Below are positions 1-10,251 of a DNA stretch of 64,000 nt, one piece after another. Position numbers and translations under genes: made by a program. Where the stretch lies: the sequence record MH791411.1; one strand, written 5' to 3'. Every line of letters begins with the position of its first letter. The first letter of the stretch is position 1. Below the pieces are notes generated by a model, which did not search any database, was not told where the DNA came from, and worked only from the letters and a program-made list of their open reading frames with translations. This stretch comes from Escherichia phage Ecwhy_1.

Positions 1-228
<228 letters not shown>

Positions 229-263
229 TCATTATAGCACAGTTCTGGTGTTTGTCCTAAATT

Positions 264-458
264 TTATTCGGTTGGTACAAACATGACAATGTGTGCCTGA
301 ACGACTCTAGTACCATCTACCAGTACAAGACCATTGGGACAAACATCAGATACTGCACCAGTTACCTTAAATCCACCAGTTAGGTAGAAGTCATAGATAA
401 CATTACGCTCAATTGTAAAAATATCACTCATATAAATTCCATAAGAAAAGGGATTCAT
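264..458 (-). CDS. hypothetical small protein (64 aa)
   Basis: ORF immediately downstream of nrdB on same strand; no recognisable motif. Confidence 0.3.
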   Translation of the reverse strand: MNPFSYGIYMSDIFTIERNVIYDFYLTGGFKVTGAVSDVCPNGLVLVDGTRVVQAHIVMFVPTE

Positions 459-479
459 AGAATCCCTGTTAGTTTTATT

Positions 480-1604
480 TTATAGTTTAAATGGCGAGAA
501 TGTATCTCCTTGGATATCATTCACAATACCACCAATGATATAAGAACTGATTTCAGTTTCTTGTGGTGCTACCTGTACAGAACTACCACTTACCCAGTGT
601 TCAGTCCACGGTAGTGGGTTACTCTTGGATACAGTATATGGACATTTGATACCAAGTGCAGTCATACGCTTAGAACCAATCCAGCGAACATACTGTTTAA
701 GAATTTCAGAGTTCAATCCAATAATAGAACCATCTTTAAAGAGGAAATCTGCCCATGCTTCTTCTTGGCGAATAGCAGACATAAACATTTCCAGTACTTC
801 ATCATAGCACTCTTCGGCAATTTTTACCATATCTGGATCTTCTTTCTTTAGAAGACGTAAAATCATTTGTGTTGCTGCGAGATGAAGGTTTTCATCACGA
901 CAAATTAGACGAATAATCTTTGCATTACCTTCCATGAGGTTGTTCTCTGCAAATGCCCATGAACAAGCAAAACTAGCATAGAAACGAACACCTTCAAGAA
1001 TGTTAATACTATTCAAACATAACCATAGTTTTTTCTTTAGATCATACATATTAATTTCAATAGTTTTACCATTAACAGTATGAGTACCTTCACCTAATGC
1101 ACGATACAATGTTCCTAGTTCATCAAGGTCATCATAGTATTTTGAAACATCAGCAGCACAATCAGTGATTTCTGGAATGTCCAACATAGTATCAAAAACT
1201 TCAGATGGATTAGGATAAATGTTACGAATAATATGTGTATATGATTTACTATGAATAGCACCTTCAAAGAACGCCCATGTTTCAATAAAGTTTTCAAGTT
1301 CAGGTAGAGATGCATATGGTAGTAGCATTAGATTAGGACCACGACCTTGAACTGAATCAAGAAGGATTTGACGTTTTAAGTTTGATGTAAAGATATGCTT
1401 CTCAGAATCATTGAGGTTAGCAAAATCAATTTTATCTTTAGATACGTCAACTTCACCTGGTGTCCAGAAGAAACTTTTCTGTTGTTCAGTTAGTTTTTCA
1501 AGTGCAGAGTATTTGTTACTTTCAAAGCGTTGAATATCAACACTTTCATCAAAAAACATATTCTTTTCTAGGTGAGACTTCTCATTAATTTTGAAAACTG
1601 ACAT
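480..1604 (-). CDS. nrdB: ribonucleotide reductase class Ia small (beta) subunit
   Basis: 374 aa; di-iron/tyrosyl-radical R2 signature regions (e.g. ILEGVRFYASFACSWAFAE, RDENLHLAATQMI); size matches NrdB. Confidence 0.92.
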   Translation of the reverse strand: MSVFKINEKSHLEKNMFFDESVDIQRFESNKYSALEKLTEQQKSFFWTPGEVDVSKDKIDFANLNDSEKHIFTSNLKRQILLDSVQGRGPNLMLLPYASLPELENFIETWAFFEGAIHSKSYTHIIRNIYPNPSEVFDTMLDIPEITDCAADVSKYYDDLDELGTLYRALGEGTHTVNGKTIEINMYDLKKKLWLCLNSINILEGVRFYASFACSWAFAENNLMEGNAKIIRLICRDENLHLAATQMILRLLKKEDPDMVKIAEECYDEVLEMFMSAIRQEEAWADFLFKDGSIIGLNSEILKQYVRWIGSKRMTALGIKCPYTVSKSNPLPWTEHWVSGSSVQVAPQETEISSYIIGGIVNDIQGDTFSPFKL

Positions 1605-1616
1605 ATATATATTCCT

Positions 1617-2390
1617 TTATGTATTAATTTTATGACCCAATTTATATGATAGCCAATGGATATCACTAATTCCTTCTTGTGAACCCAAGTGTAGTGTAAG
1701 TAGTTCATTCCATGTCAAAACTGTATTATTGTCAGGTGTATGAGCATTGTATCGAGCCATACCATCGGCACATGGGTCCAACGCGAGTATTTGATTACCC
1801 GTAATAGTTTTTGCTGGTGCTTCTAACCCCATCAATGAGCGTATATCATCCGATAGTATTTGAAATGCGGATACTGCTGCAACATTTAATGCAGTAATAT
1901 TATCTTTGATAAAATCAACCGTTAAAGTTTGATAATATGAAATATAGTTCTTATCAATATAATCCCATTTATCTTTAATGAAATCAAGTGTTAGTTTTTG
2001 GTATCTGGAAATTTCCGACATTACACCATCTCTAAATTCAACAAGGTCATTCCATTTGTCTTGAATAAAATCTTGTGTTAGTTTTTGATACTTAGCAACA
2101 GTATCCAGAAAGTTATCTTTGAAGTCATTCCATTTTTCCATAATCAATTCCATTGGCATGACTACATATTGTGCAATAACATTTTTATCAAACCACTCCC
2201 ACTTTTCTTTAAGAAAATCAGTTGTCATTGTTTGATATCGAGCTAACATATTAGGGTTCATTTTATCAAAATGTTTTTTTATAAAGTCTTGTGGGAGTTT
2301 TTGATAGCGAACAATCATATCCATATCAAGATCATCCCAAAATTCTTCTATGAATCCAATATCTATTGGACTACGATAGTCAACTTTCAT
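1617..2390 (-). CDS. tandem-repeat protein of unknown function (six ~33-aa repeats, consensus around YQKLTxDFIKDKWD)
   Basis: 257 aa; repeats visible directly in translation (RYQKLPQDFIKKHFD / RYQTMTTDFLKEKWE / KYQKLTQDFIQDKWN / RYQKLTLDFIKDKWD / YYQTLTVDFIKDNIT); sits between nrdA and nrdB. Confidence 0.6.
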   Translation of the reverse strand: MKVDYRSPIDIGFIEEFWDDLDMDMIVRYQKLPQDFIKKHFDKMNPNMLARYQTMTTDFLKEKWEWFDKNVIAQYVVMPMELIMEKWNDFKDNFLDTVAKYQKLTQDFIQDKWNDLVEFRDGVMSEISRYQKLTLDFIKDKWDYIDKNYISYYQTLTVDFIKDNITALNVAAVSAFQILSDDIRSLMGLEAPAKTITGNQILALDPCADGMARYNAHTPDNNTVLTWNELLTLHLGSQEGISDIHWLSYKLGHKINT

Positions 2391-2435
2391 TATATCACTC
2401 CTATGAAATAAATCCCGCCGAAGCGGGATCTTTAA

Positions 2436-4754
2436 TTAGATCTTACAACTATCACAATCACCTTCATCTAAGTCAGGTAGTGTAGGTAACACAAACTGTC
2501 CTGATTCTGGTTTTGCAGCTTCTTTTAGTACTTTCTCAACATCAACTTCATCAGAACCATCATTAGTATTATGATAGTACAGATTTTTCAAACCAACTTT
2601 GTATGCATACATTAGTTCAGTTAGTAGTGTTGACATTGGCAACTTACCATCAGGGAAGTGTGCTGGATTGTAACTGGTATTCACACTAATACTTTGGTCA
2701 ATGTATTTCTGAAGAACACCACAGATTTGTAGATAACCGATGTTATCTTTCTGATCCCATAGTAAATCATATTTGTTTTTCAACTTATTGATTTCAGGAA
2801 CGACTTGTTTAAGAATACCATCTTTAGATAGTTTCTTGGTTACAAGTGAACGAGGTTTCTCAATACCATTAGTACTGTTACTGATTTGTGCACTAGTTTC
2901 TGCTGGCATCAGTGCCATAGTTGTTGCATTACGAATACCATATTGTTTGATATCCTGACGCAATGTTTCCCAATCTTGTTTTAGTTCAGGAGATACCAAC
3001 GCATCAATATCTTCTTTATAGGTATCAATTGGTAGAATACCTTTAGCATATTTTAGTGTGTCAAAACCTTCACACTTACCTTTCTCTTTAGCAAGCTGTA
3101 CGGAAGATTTAATTAGATAATAAGACCATGCTTCAGCCCACTCGTTAACTGTTTCCAATGCAGCTTCATTGTAACGCAAACCACGTTTAGCAAGGAAGTA
3201 TGCAAAGTTAATGATACCAACACCTAATGGGCGGTACATTTTTGTTGCACGATCTGCATGAACTACTGGGTAGTCTTGATAATCCAATAGAGAATCAAGA
3301 GCACGTACAGAAAGATCACAAGCAGTTTCCATATCTTCTGGTCGGTCAAAGTTACCCCAGTTGATTGCACTCAAAGTACATAGACTAATCAAACCTTCAC
3401 CAGTATTAATATCATCAAATGGCACAGATGGTAGTGCGATTTCTTGACACAAGTTGGATTGTTCAATTGGTGCAATTGATTCAATAAAGGTTGAGTGTGT
3501 GTTTGCATGGTCAATGTTTTGAATATAGATACGACCAGTTTCTGCACGCTCAGTCATTAGAGTACTGAATACTTCAACAGCAGATACAGATTTTTTACGA
3601 ATGCTTGGATCAGCTTCATACTTCTTGTACAGCTTTTCAAATTCTTTTTGGTTAGAACAGAATGCTTCATATAGCCCAGGAACTTCATTAGGACTAAAGA
3701 ATGTAATATTCTTGCCATCAACTAAACGTTGATATAGTGTTTTGTTCACTTGGAAACAATAGTCAAGTTGTCGAACACGGTTGAACTCAGTACCTTTGTT
3801 ATTTTTCAGTACTACAAGATTGTCAAATTCCAAATGCCACAATGGGAAGTGGACGGTTGCTGCACCACCACGCACACCACCTTGAGAGCAGCTTTTAACG
3901 GTCTTAGCAGTTGATGCAATGAAAGGAATCAAACCAGTGTGTACTGCATCACCTGAACGAATCTCGGAGTCCAGAGCACGAATGCGGCCCATATTGATAC
4001 CAAGTCCAGCTTTACGGGAAATATAACGTAGTATAGCGTGGTTAGAAGAACCAATACTATCTAGACTATCTCCAACGTTTAGTACTACACAAGAACTAAA
4101 CTGACGTGTATTGGTACGTAGACCAGCCATGATAGGAGTCGGGAGACTGATATCAAAGTTACTAACAGCATCATAAAACTTCTTAACATAAGACATACGT
4201 ACAGAGCGATCATACTCCATAAAGATGATTGCTGCAATGGTCATATATGCCATTTGTGGAGTTTCGTAGATTTTCTTAGTTACGCGATTCTTATATAGAT
4301 ACTTTCCTTCCCACTGACGCATAGCAACATAAGTGAATTTATCATCACGTTTATGTTTGATGTAACGTCCAAGCTCTTCAATTTCTTGAAGTGTGTATTT
4401 CTCAAGAATTTCTGGATCATAGATTTTTGTATCTACCATTTCTTGTAGATGTGCAGTGTATTTGATAGGGTCATAGTCGCCATACACTTGCTTACGGATA
4501 CTATAATTTAGTAAGCGACCAGCAACGTATTGGTAGTTTGGTGTATCTTCAGAAATAAGTTCTGCTGCTGATTTAATCAGAATATCATGAATAGTATTTG
4601 TTTCAATACCTTCAAAGAATTGAAGTTGTGCACGAATTTCAATTTCGGAAACAGATACACCACTCAGCCCTTCGGCAGCAAAAAATAAAATTTGATGGAT
4701 CTTATCCAAAGATAACGGTTCTTTTTTTCCATTACGCTTGGTTACGTTAATCAT
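2436..4754 (-). CDS. nrdA: ribonucleotide reductase class Ia large (alpha) subunit
   Basis: 772 aa; N-terminal ATP-cone (VTKRNGKKEPLSLDKI), active-site region CSQGGVRGGAATVHFPLWHLEF, C-terminal Cys pair (DCDSC). Confidence 0.92.
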   Translation of the reverse strand: MINVTKRNGKKEPLSLDKIHQILFFAAEGLSGVSVSEIEIRAQLQFFEGIETNTIHDILIKSAAELISEDTPNYQYVAGRLLNYSIRKQVYGDYDPIKYTAHLQEMVDTKIYDPEILEKYTLQEIEELGRYIKHKRDDKFTYVAMRQWEGKYLYKNRVTKKIYETPQMAYMTIAAIIFMEYDRSVRMSYVKKFYDAVSNFDISLPTPIMAGLRTNTRQFSSCVVLNVGDSLDSIGSSNHAILRYISRKAGLGINMGRIRALDSEIRSGDAVHTGLIPFIASTAKTVKSCSQGGVRGGAATVHFPLWHLEFDNLVVLKNNKGTEFNRVRQLDYCFQVNKTLYQRLVDGKNITFFSPNEVPGLYEAFCSNQKEFEKLYKKYEADPSIRKKSVSAVEVFSTLMTERAETGRIYIQNIDHANTHSTFIESIAPIEQSNLCQEIALPSVPFDDINTGEGLISLCTLSAINWGNFDRPEDMETACDLSVRALDSLLDYQDYPVVHADRATKMYRPLGVGIINFAYFLAKRGLRYNEAALETVNEWAEAWSYYLIKSSVQLAKEKGKCEGFDTLKYAKGILPIDTYKEDIDALVSPELKQDWETLRQDIKQYGIRNATTMALMPAETSAQISNSTNGIEKPRSLVTKKLSKDGILKQVVPEINKLKNKYDLLWDQKDNIGYLQICGVLQKYIDQSISVNTSYNPAHFPDGKLPMSTLLTELMYAYKVGLKNLYYHNTNDGSDEVDVEKVLKEAAKPESGQFVLPTLPDLDEGDCDSCKI

Positions 4755-4802
4755 GTGTCATCCTTGTTATATTGTTTATACAGTTCTTAAATTTTGTGGA
4801 AG

Positions 4803-4820
4803 AAAAAGGCGGGACGCCTT
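4803..4820 (-). terminator. putative rho-independent terminator (AAGGCG-gga-CGCCTT hairpin followed by T-run on minus strand)
   Basis: Inverted repeat read by eye directly downstream of the stop of ORF 4821-5402. Confidence 0.35.
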
Positions 4821-5402
4821 TTAAGGTTTGTCCCACCCACGATATACAAATTCTATGTGGTATCCTGAATTTAAATAATCCGCATTAACTATGTCAAATT
4901 GCATATTTCCAGTACTTGAATCATAAACTGGATTACTAAACAGAATAGATAAAATTGCATCAGTACGGCTTGTGTTATTTGACTGTGCAATCATAGTTGA
5001 AGAACCAGCAGCAACAATTTGCACTGTGCCTGATTCTAAAATAGTCTCATTGCTATTATACGCGATGTAGTCGATGAATACACGACTTTCACTTTCAATA
5101 ATAACTTCAACACTCTCTTGGTTTTGTGGAATGTCTACTTCAAATGGACGGTTGATGATTTTGGATACCGTTCTCCACGGTGAGAATTCGGTAATTATTT
5201 CCACGTTCTCTTTACCAGAGTTTGGATCAGTTTCCCATGTACGCCCAGCAACTAAGCTTGCTGGGTCTGATGAGGAAGGTAGGCCGATGAATACACGACC
5301 CACATCAGTACTGAATCCTATCTGGCCTTTTTCCAACGCGTCTGGTAAGTCACGTTGCTTACCAGTTCTTACTTGCTGTAACGCAATTTGTTGTTGTGCC
5401 AT
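4821..5402 (-). CDS. hypothetical protein (193 aa)
   Basis: Clean ORF in operon-like array; no motif recognised. Confidence 0.5.
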   Translation of the reverse strand: MAQQQIALQQVRTGKQRDLPDALEKGQIGFSTDVGRVFIGLPSSSDPASLVAGRTWETDPNSGKENVEIITEFSPWRTVSKIINRPFEVDIPQNQESVEVIIESESRVFIDYIAYNSNETILESGTVQIVAAGSSTMIAQSNNTSRTDAILSILFSNPVYDSSTGNMQFDIVNADYLNSGYHIEFVYRGWDKP

Positions 5403-5430
5403 AAAAACTATCTCCTATAGTATTATAGGA

Positions 5431-5970
5431 TTATTTAGCGTTTTCTTTAACTTCAGCAATACGCTCATTGATTAGTTGAGATACAACAGAGCTATCAACG
5501 GAAGAAAGAATTGATTCAGGAACTAGGGATTTCAAGTGTTTTACATAGTTTGCAACACTTTTTAGTTCTTTGGTTTTTAGTGCTTCTTTGATAATATCCA
5601 AATCTTCTTTTGAAGCTTCAACACGTTCAATAACAACAACGTCTTCTTCTTCAACAACAGGTGCTAGTTCTTCAGCGATTACTTGTACTTCTTCAGATAC
5701 TTTAATTTGTTCTTCAGTATCTACTACATATGATTCGATTACTTCTGGTGCAACATTACGAGATACTTCGTCAACACTAATATCTTCAGCAATTTTCTCT
5801 TTGATTACTTCTACAGGTTTTGCACCGCGAGATTTATAATCTTTAATATTAACTAGAAGTTTATTTGAAAGTTGTAGTTTGTCAATTTCTTCATCACTTA
5901 GTTTGATTACTTCATCTAAGGAGTAGCCTTTACTTTCTAGTGCACGAATTGTATATAGGTCTTGTTTCAT
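5431..5970 (-). CDS. hypothetical acidic protein
   Basis: Track ORF 5431-6075 overlaps upstream gene; likely start at internal ATG ~5970 just after the upstream stop. Glu/Val-rich low-complexity. Confidence 0.45.
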   Translation of the reverse strand: MKQDLYTIRALESKGYSLDEVIKLSDEEIDKLQLSNKLLVNIKDYKSRGAKPVEVIKEKIAEDISVDEVSRNVAPEVIESYVVDTEEQIKVSEEVQVIAEELAPVVEEEDVVVIERVEASKEDLDIIKEALKTKELKSVANYVKHLKSLVPESILSSVDSSVVSQLINERIAEVKENAK

Positions 5971-5974
5971 TTGT

Positions 5975-6694
5975 TTATGCTGTTCCATTTGATTCAATTT
6001 CTCCACGTAAAATATAGTATTGTTCAACTCTACCAATCCACATATCAACCGCATCTTTGAAGTCTTGTCCTTCAATAACGAATTCTTGATATTGTAAATT
6101 GTTAGGATCTTTTCTTACACAGATGAAAATTACACCACGCTCAATATTTGTTCCAAACATTTGATTATGCGATAGTGCATATGCAGCGATTTGCATACGG
6201 TAATTTTCGATATGTTCCCATGTCTTTAATTTACGGGAATTCTTATAGTCCATGATAGAAGGAATACCATCATGAACTCCAACTAAGTCAGTTGTTCCAG
6301 CCCATAATCCTTCATAGAATAATGGAACTTCCTGACCCCACACTTCATTGATTCTAGGCCATGCTTCTTCTTGAATTTTGTCAGCCATTCTACGGGCCAG
6401 AACTCGTATCGGCATACCACCTTGGTGGTCTGGCTTTCCATCCAGACGATATTCTAAGTTCTCGTGCATAAAAGTACCAACAGTACATGCTTCTAATGTA
6501 ATCTCATTAGCTTTCTCTTCACCAACAAATTCTCTCCATTTTTTCAACCCCTCATTGTCAGAGGTGGCACTAAGAATTGTTGTTACTGACGGCAGATTCC
6601 CTGTTGGAGTTGAATAAAGGCGACCTTCGGGGCCGCCTTCAATTCTTTTGTAATCAACGTATGTATATCTGCTAACAATTGGTGGTGTGTACAT
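5975..6694 (-). CDS. PD-(D/E)XK nuclease, RecB/Cas4-like exonuclease fold
   Basis: 239 aa; motifs GTFMHENLE, TDLVGVHDG, SIMDYKNSRK, YRMQIAAYA consistent with RecB-type nuclease motifs I-III (D, D/E-x-K, QxxxY). Confidence 0.6.
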   Translation of the reverse strand: MYTPPIVSRYTYVDYKRIEGGPEGRLYSTPTGNLPSVTTILSATSDNEGLKKWREFVGEEKANEITLEACTVGTFMHENLEYRLDGKPDHQGGMPIRVLARRMADKIQEEAWPRINEVWGQEVPLFYEGLWAGTTDLVGVHDGIPSIMDYKNSRKLKTWEHIENYRMQIAAYALSHNQMFGTNIERGVIFICVRKDPNNLQYQEFVIEGQDFKDAVDMWIGRVEQYYILRGEIESNGTA

Positions 6695-6740
6695 CCGTGT
6701 ACTCCTAATTATAGCATCGTATTTTTGTTTGTCTCAGTTT

Positions 6741-7070
6741 TTATTGCTTATTTGCTGCAACAGCAGCTTTTGTTGCCCAATCTTCAACTTGGTCTTCAGA
6801 GTTCTGTTCAACTTCACCAGTACTTTCTGAATCATTACCAGTAAATGTTACAACATCCGAATTCGCATCTTGCACAAATGGCAAAGAGTTTAGAATATCC
6901 ATCATAACATTATAAGGAACATCAATGTTGGTTCGCTTTTTGATTTCAGCGATTAAAGATTGTAGGTTCACTTCTTCGCGACCCGATGATACTAAAGACA
7001 ACGCAATAGTAGTAATCATATTGCGTATGTCTTTACCAGGAGCCTCTTCTGTAAGATCTTGAAATCTCAT
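6741..7070 (-). CDS. hypothetical protein (109 aa)
   Basis: ORF in same-strand array. Confidence 0.4.
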   Translation of the reverse strand: MRFQDLTEEAPGKDIRNMITTIALSLVSSGREEVNLQSLIAEIKKRTNIDVPYNVMMDILNSLPFVQDANSDVVTFTGNDSESTGEVEQNSEDQVEDWATKAAVAANKQ

Positions 7071-7086
7071 TTAGATTCATCCTTAA

Positions 7087-7743
7087 TTATTTTTTAACGT
7101 ATCCTAGTACACGTTTAACTTTCTTCTCGTTCTCAGATAGCCAAGTTTTCATTTCTTCTTTGTTTTTGAAGAATTTAGTACCTACAGTACCGCGAACACT
7201 TTCCATCTTAATACCAATTTGAGTTGGTTTTACAGATTCTTTCATTTCACGCTCAGTTGGTACTGGCTCAGAAATAATATCTTCTTCGAAATCAGCATCA
7301 GCACCCATGTCGAACGTTGGGGTGTCAGCAGCAATGTCGATATCAACATCTTCACTACCAATATCAGAAACTGCTGGACCATCAGTGATATCACCAGTTA
7401 GTTTTAAAGTTTCAGTACTGATTTTGTCTTTAACATCCATTAGAGTAGTAACTGCATGTTGAAGTAGGTGGCGAACGCTATCACTAAAGTTCTGTGCAGC
7501 ATCAAGACCTTGTTCCGCTTTGATACGGTCAAGTAGTGGGCCTAGAACGTCAACGCCCATGTTGTTGATTACTTCAGACTGACGTTGTAGTTTGTCAACG
7601 ATTTCACCTTTAACAGAGAGAACGATTTCAGCTTTCTCAATATTAGATTCGTTCAATTTGATGAACTTCATTGCTTCAACACGTGAAGCAGATTCCATTA
7701 GTTTTTTGTAGTTAGACATTTGAATTTCCTTATAAAATATCAC
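7087..7743 (-). CDS. hypothetical protein (218 aa)
   Basis: ORF in same-strand array; acidic C-terminal half. Confidence 0.5.
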   Translation of the reverse strand: MIFYKEIQMSNYKKLMESASRVEAMKFIKLNESNIEKAEIVLSVKGEIVDKLQRQSEVINNMGVDVLGPLLDRIKAEQGLDAAQNFSDSVRHLLQHAVTTLMDVKDKISTETLKLTGDITDGPAVSDIGSEDVDIDIAADTPTFDMGADADFEEDIISEPVPTEREMKESVKPTQIGIKMESVRGTVGTKFFKNKEEMKTWLSENEKKVKRVLGYVKK

Positions 7744-7752
7744 TAAATTTAT

Positions 7753-8430
7753 TTACTTTATATAACCTTCACTCTTTAGAAAGTTCAGTACACGCTCTTT
7801 GAGTTTGTATGCTTCAGCTTTCTTTTCAGCGATGATGATATCTAAATCTTTTGCTTCATCGTACTTCGACTCATTCAGAACACGTTGACGTTTCTGTGCA
7901 GCCTTCAATGCTTCGGTAATTACATTGGTGTATTGTAAACCGGAACTGATGATACCAAGAACTTTTGCATCTGTCAACATTCTTCCTTCGTTGAGAAGGT
8001 TTACTAGTGTTAGTGCAGCTTCATACATCATAATATTATTCATGATAACTTGAGAACTATGATTACATTTAACACTGTATACTTTTGTTGATTTAGTACC
8101 TTGAATTTTTTCTTCTACTAAACTCCAGTTAGTTTTAGGTTTAGCAGGTGCACGTTGTACAACAGGTTGTGCTGGTTGGTGACCAAGCATGTGTTCATTG
8201 TATGGGGCGTGGAATGGAACAACATGTGGATGTGTCTGTTCTGGATCAACACCATAATTCATACCAGCTTCATTTAATGATGTCAAAATGTCGGTCATTG
8301 CACCGATATCACCACCTGACTTGTAAGGAACACCAGACGCATTATGGGTTGCACCAGCTTCAATGTCATTCAAACCGCTTAACAAATCAGCCATCTGATT
8401 AACTGATTGTTGATCGTACTCGTAATTCAT
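7753..8430 (-). CDS. hypothetical protein (225 aa)
   Basis: ORF in same-strand array. Confidence 0.5.
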   Translation of the reverse strand: MNYEYDQQSVNQMADLLSGLNDIEAGATHNASGVPYKSGGDIGAMTDILTSLNEAGMNYGVDPEQTHPHVVPFHAPYNEHMLGHQPAQPVVQRAPAKPKTNWSLVEEKIQGTKSTKVYSVKCNHSSQVIMNNIMMYEAALTLVNLLNEGRMLTDAKVLGIISSGLQYTNVITEALKAAQKRQRVLNESKYDEAKDLDIIIAEKKAEAYKLKERVLNFLKSEGYIK

Positions 8431-8645
8431 TTATTACTCCTAACAGTTGAATACTCTTCAGTACCGTCATCTTTCTCAACAATATTTAGGACTCCACGAG
8501 ATACCATTTTATCCGCTAGTTCCTGATAGTATTCGTTTACTTTTTCAACTGGCACGGAACCTCGTGCCTTAATTTTCTGTAATAGTCGATATTCTTCGTT
8601 GGAAACCATAGTGTTGTGACCATGAACATTAGGTACAGTTCTCAT
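8427..8645 (-). CDS. hypothetical small protein (72 aa)
   Basis: Start/stop overlap with neighbours (translational coupling pattern). Confidence 0.4.
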   Translation of the reverse strand: MRTVPNVHGHNTMVSNEEYRLLQKIKARGSVPVEKVNEYYQELADKMVSRGVLNIVEKDDGTEEYSTVRSNK

Positions 8646-9607
8646 TATCGGCCTCGCATACGGTGACAGAAATCAATGATTTGATCTACCATCTCATCAT
8701 TCTCTTGTTGTGCAGAGTTTGCCATTACACTTTCATCACCATAGATATCATCTTCTTTTTCGATATCAGCGATTGCATGAATCATTTCACCCATACCTGG
8801 TGCGTGTTGTGTTAGTGGAGATGGTGAATTTGGATTACCGTCTGGTTCCATACCAGGCTCACCCATCACTTCACTATTAATTTCTTGTGGTGATTTCTCT
8901 TCACGAATTGTAGTACTTTGATTTTGATTGTCAACTGGAGTTACATCATCCAAAGGGAAAACATTCAATTCGTTTGGCTTAGTGCCACTTTTGGTTACTA
9001 CTAATGATTGTTGTGGATTTTGTCCAGCATCAATACCAACAACTGGTTCAATTGAATCAGTACCGCTTTGACTACCAGGAACACTAACTTTAATGTTATT
9101 AGCATTACGTTGTAGTTCTGCTTGTTTAAGTTTTGCTTGGGTTTGTGGATTAACTTGCTGTTGTTGCTGGGACACATTCATCTTAGCAATCTGTGTAGAT
9201 TTCAATTGGTTTTCAGGATTTTCCAAGTTAGAGGATAAATCTTCAAACACAATAGTTTTTAATTCTTGAATACTCAACTTAGAAACATCAGAGTATGTGA
9301 AGTTACTTTTGTATGCTTCAACTAAGTCTTTCATTGTCATAGAATCAACTGTCTTATGCCAATCAGAACTTTCAACAATATGTTTAGTTACATTGTCAGT
9401 ACTGAAGTATGAGAAACTTTCGCTCATTTGTGCTTTGTACTTTTGTAGAATTTGAAAAATTTCACGGTTATCTGAATTATCCATAGCGGCATTTAGTGTG
9501 ATGAAATCACCCGCATCCATATTATCCAGTACAACAGAAACATCAACATTCAAATTATGTGCGTCAGCAAACTTCTGTAGCTCCGCTGCTGTTTGGTTTA
9601 TATTCAT
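8645..9607 (-). CDS. hypothetical protein (320 aa), Gln/Asn-rich low-complexity centre
   Basis: ORF with RBS-like sequence upstream; no enzymatic motif. Confidence 0.5.
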   Translation of the reverse strand: MNINQTAAELQKFADAHNLNVDVSVVLDNMDAGDFITLNAAMDNSDNREIFQILQKYKAQMSESFSYFSTDNVTKHIVESSDWHKTVDSMTMKDLVEAYKSNFTYSDVSKLSIQELKTIVFEDLSSNLENPENQLKSTQIAKMNVSQQQQQVNPQTQAKLKQAELQRNANNIKVSVPGSQSGTDSIEPVVGIDAGQNPQQSLVVTKSGTKPNELNVFPLDDVTPVDNQNQSTTIREEKSPQEINSEVMGEPGMEPDGNPNSPSPLTQHAPGMGEMIHAIADIEKEDDIYGDESVMANSAQQENDEMVDQIIDFCHRMRGR

Positions 9608-9664
9608 AATTACTCCATATAAAATAAAAAAGACCTCTGTCTTGCTTTATGATATTTATCACAA

Positions 9665-10057
9665 TTAAGAAAAGGTCTGTTTGCTGATGCTAATATTTGT
9701 ATCATTACCTGTTGTGATAAATTTTGTAATTCTTTTACCATTTAATTCTGTCGGTAAAACTAATGGTATTCCATTCAAACGCAAGTCAACATCCATTGGT
9801 ATTGCGAATTTGAAAGTACTAAGAGTACATTTACCCCATGAAACTGGAAGATTATAGAAAGATGCGTTGTTATCTTTATATAGATCTACTTCAGTTTTTA
9901 CTACACTTACCATCATGGGATAATCATGTGCCATAATAGCCTCCAACAATCTCGACAAATTCATAGCACCAGTGAACTTAGAATCGATGATTGTTGGAGT
10001 TGTACCATCACCTATATCTACAACAGTATTAATTGTGTAGAAAGTATATGGTTTCAT
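9665..10057 (-). CDS. hypothetical protein (130 aa)
   Basis: ORF in same-strand array. Confidence 0.45.
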   Translation of the reverse strand: MKPYTFYTINTVVDIGDGTTPTIIDSKFTGAMNLSRLLEAIMAHDYPMMVSVVKTEVDLYKDNNASFYNLPVSWGKCTLSTFKFAIPMDVDLRLNGIPLVLPTELNGKRITKFITTGNDTNISISKQTFS

Positions 10058-10251
10058 TCAATATCCTTATTTTTAGTCTCAACAACTTTATATCCAAAGA
10101 AATTTGTAGGAGGCATTCTTCGAAGTAATGGGTAATTTAATCCAGTACTGACTGATGCTACTGCACCTGCTGATGTTGCACCAGCAGAAGCATTTTCTTT
10201 TAGTTTAGTTTTCTTCTTCATATCAATTCCCTTTATTACGTTTTTCATCAA
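10054..10251 (-). CDS. hypothetical small protein (65 aa)
   Basis: Overlapping start/stop with neighbours. Confidence 0.3.
   Translation of the reverse strand: MMKNVIKGIDMKKKTKLKENASAGATSAGAVASVSTGLNYPLLRRMPPTNFFGYKVVETKNKDIE

Noticed and set aside
625-807. Many short track ORFs on the opposite strand of large genes (e.g. 625-807, 1115-1315, 2773-2958, 5074-5475, 5570-5839, 18279-18731, 39177-39498, 43224-43581, 45678-45949, 48680-49102, 55073-55285, 57811-57996).
   Set aside because: They lie wholly inside well-supported genes on the other strand, lack RBS-like sequences and have low-complexity translations; treated as shadow ORFs.
480-4754. Possible group I intron or intein in nrdB, nrdA or the DNA polymerase, as occurs in some T-even phages.
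   Set aside because: All three genes are single uninterrupted ORFs of roughly the expected length, with catalytic motifs in order; no evidence of an intervening sequence.
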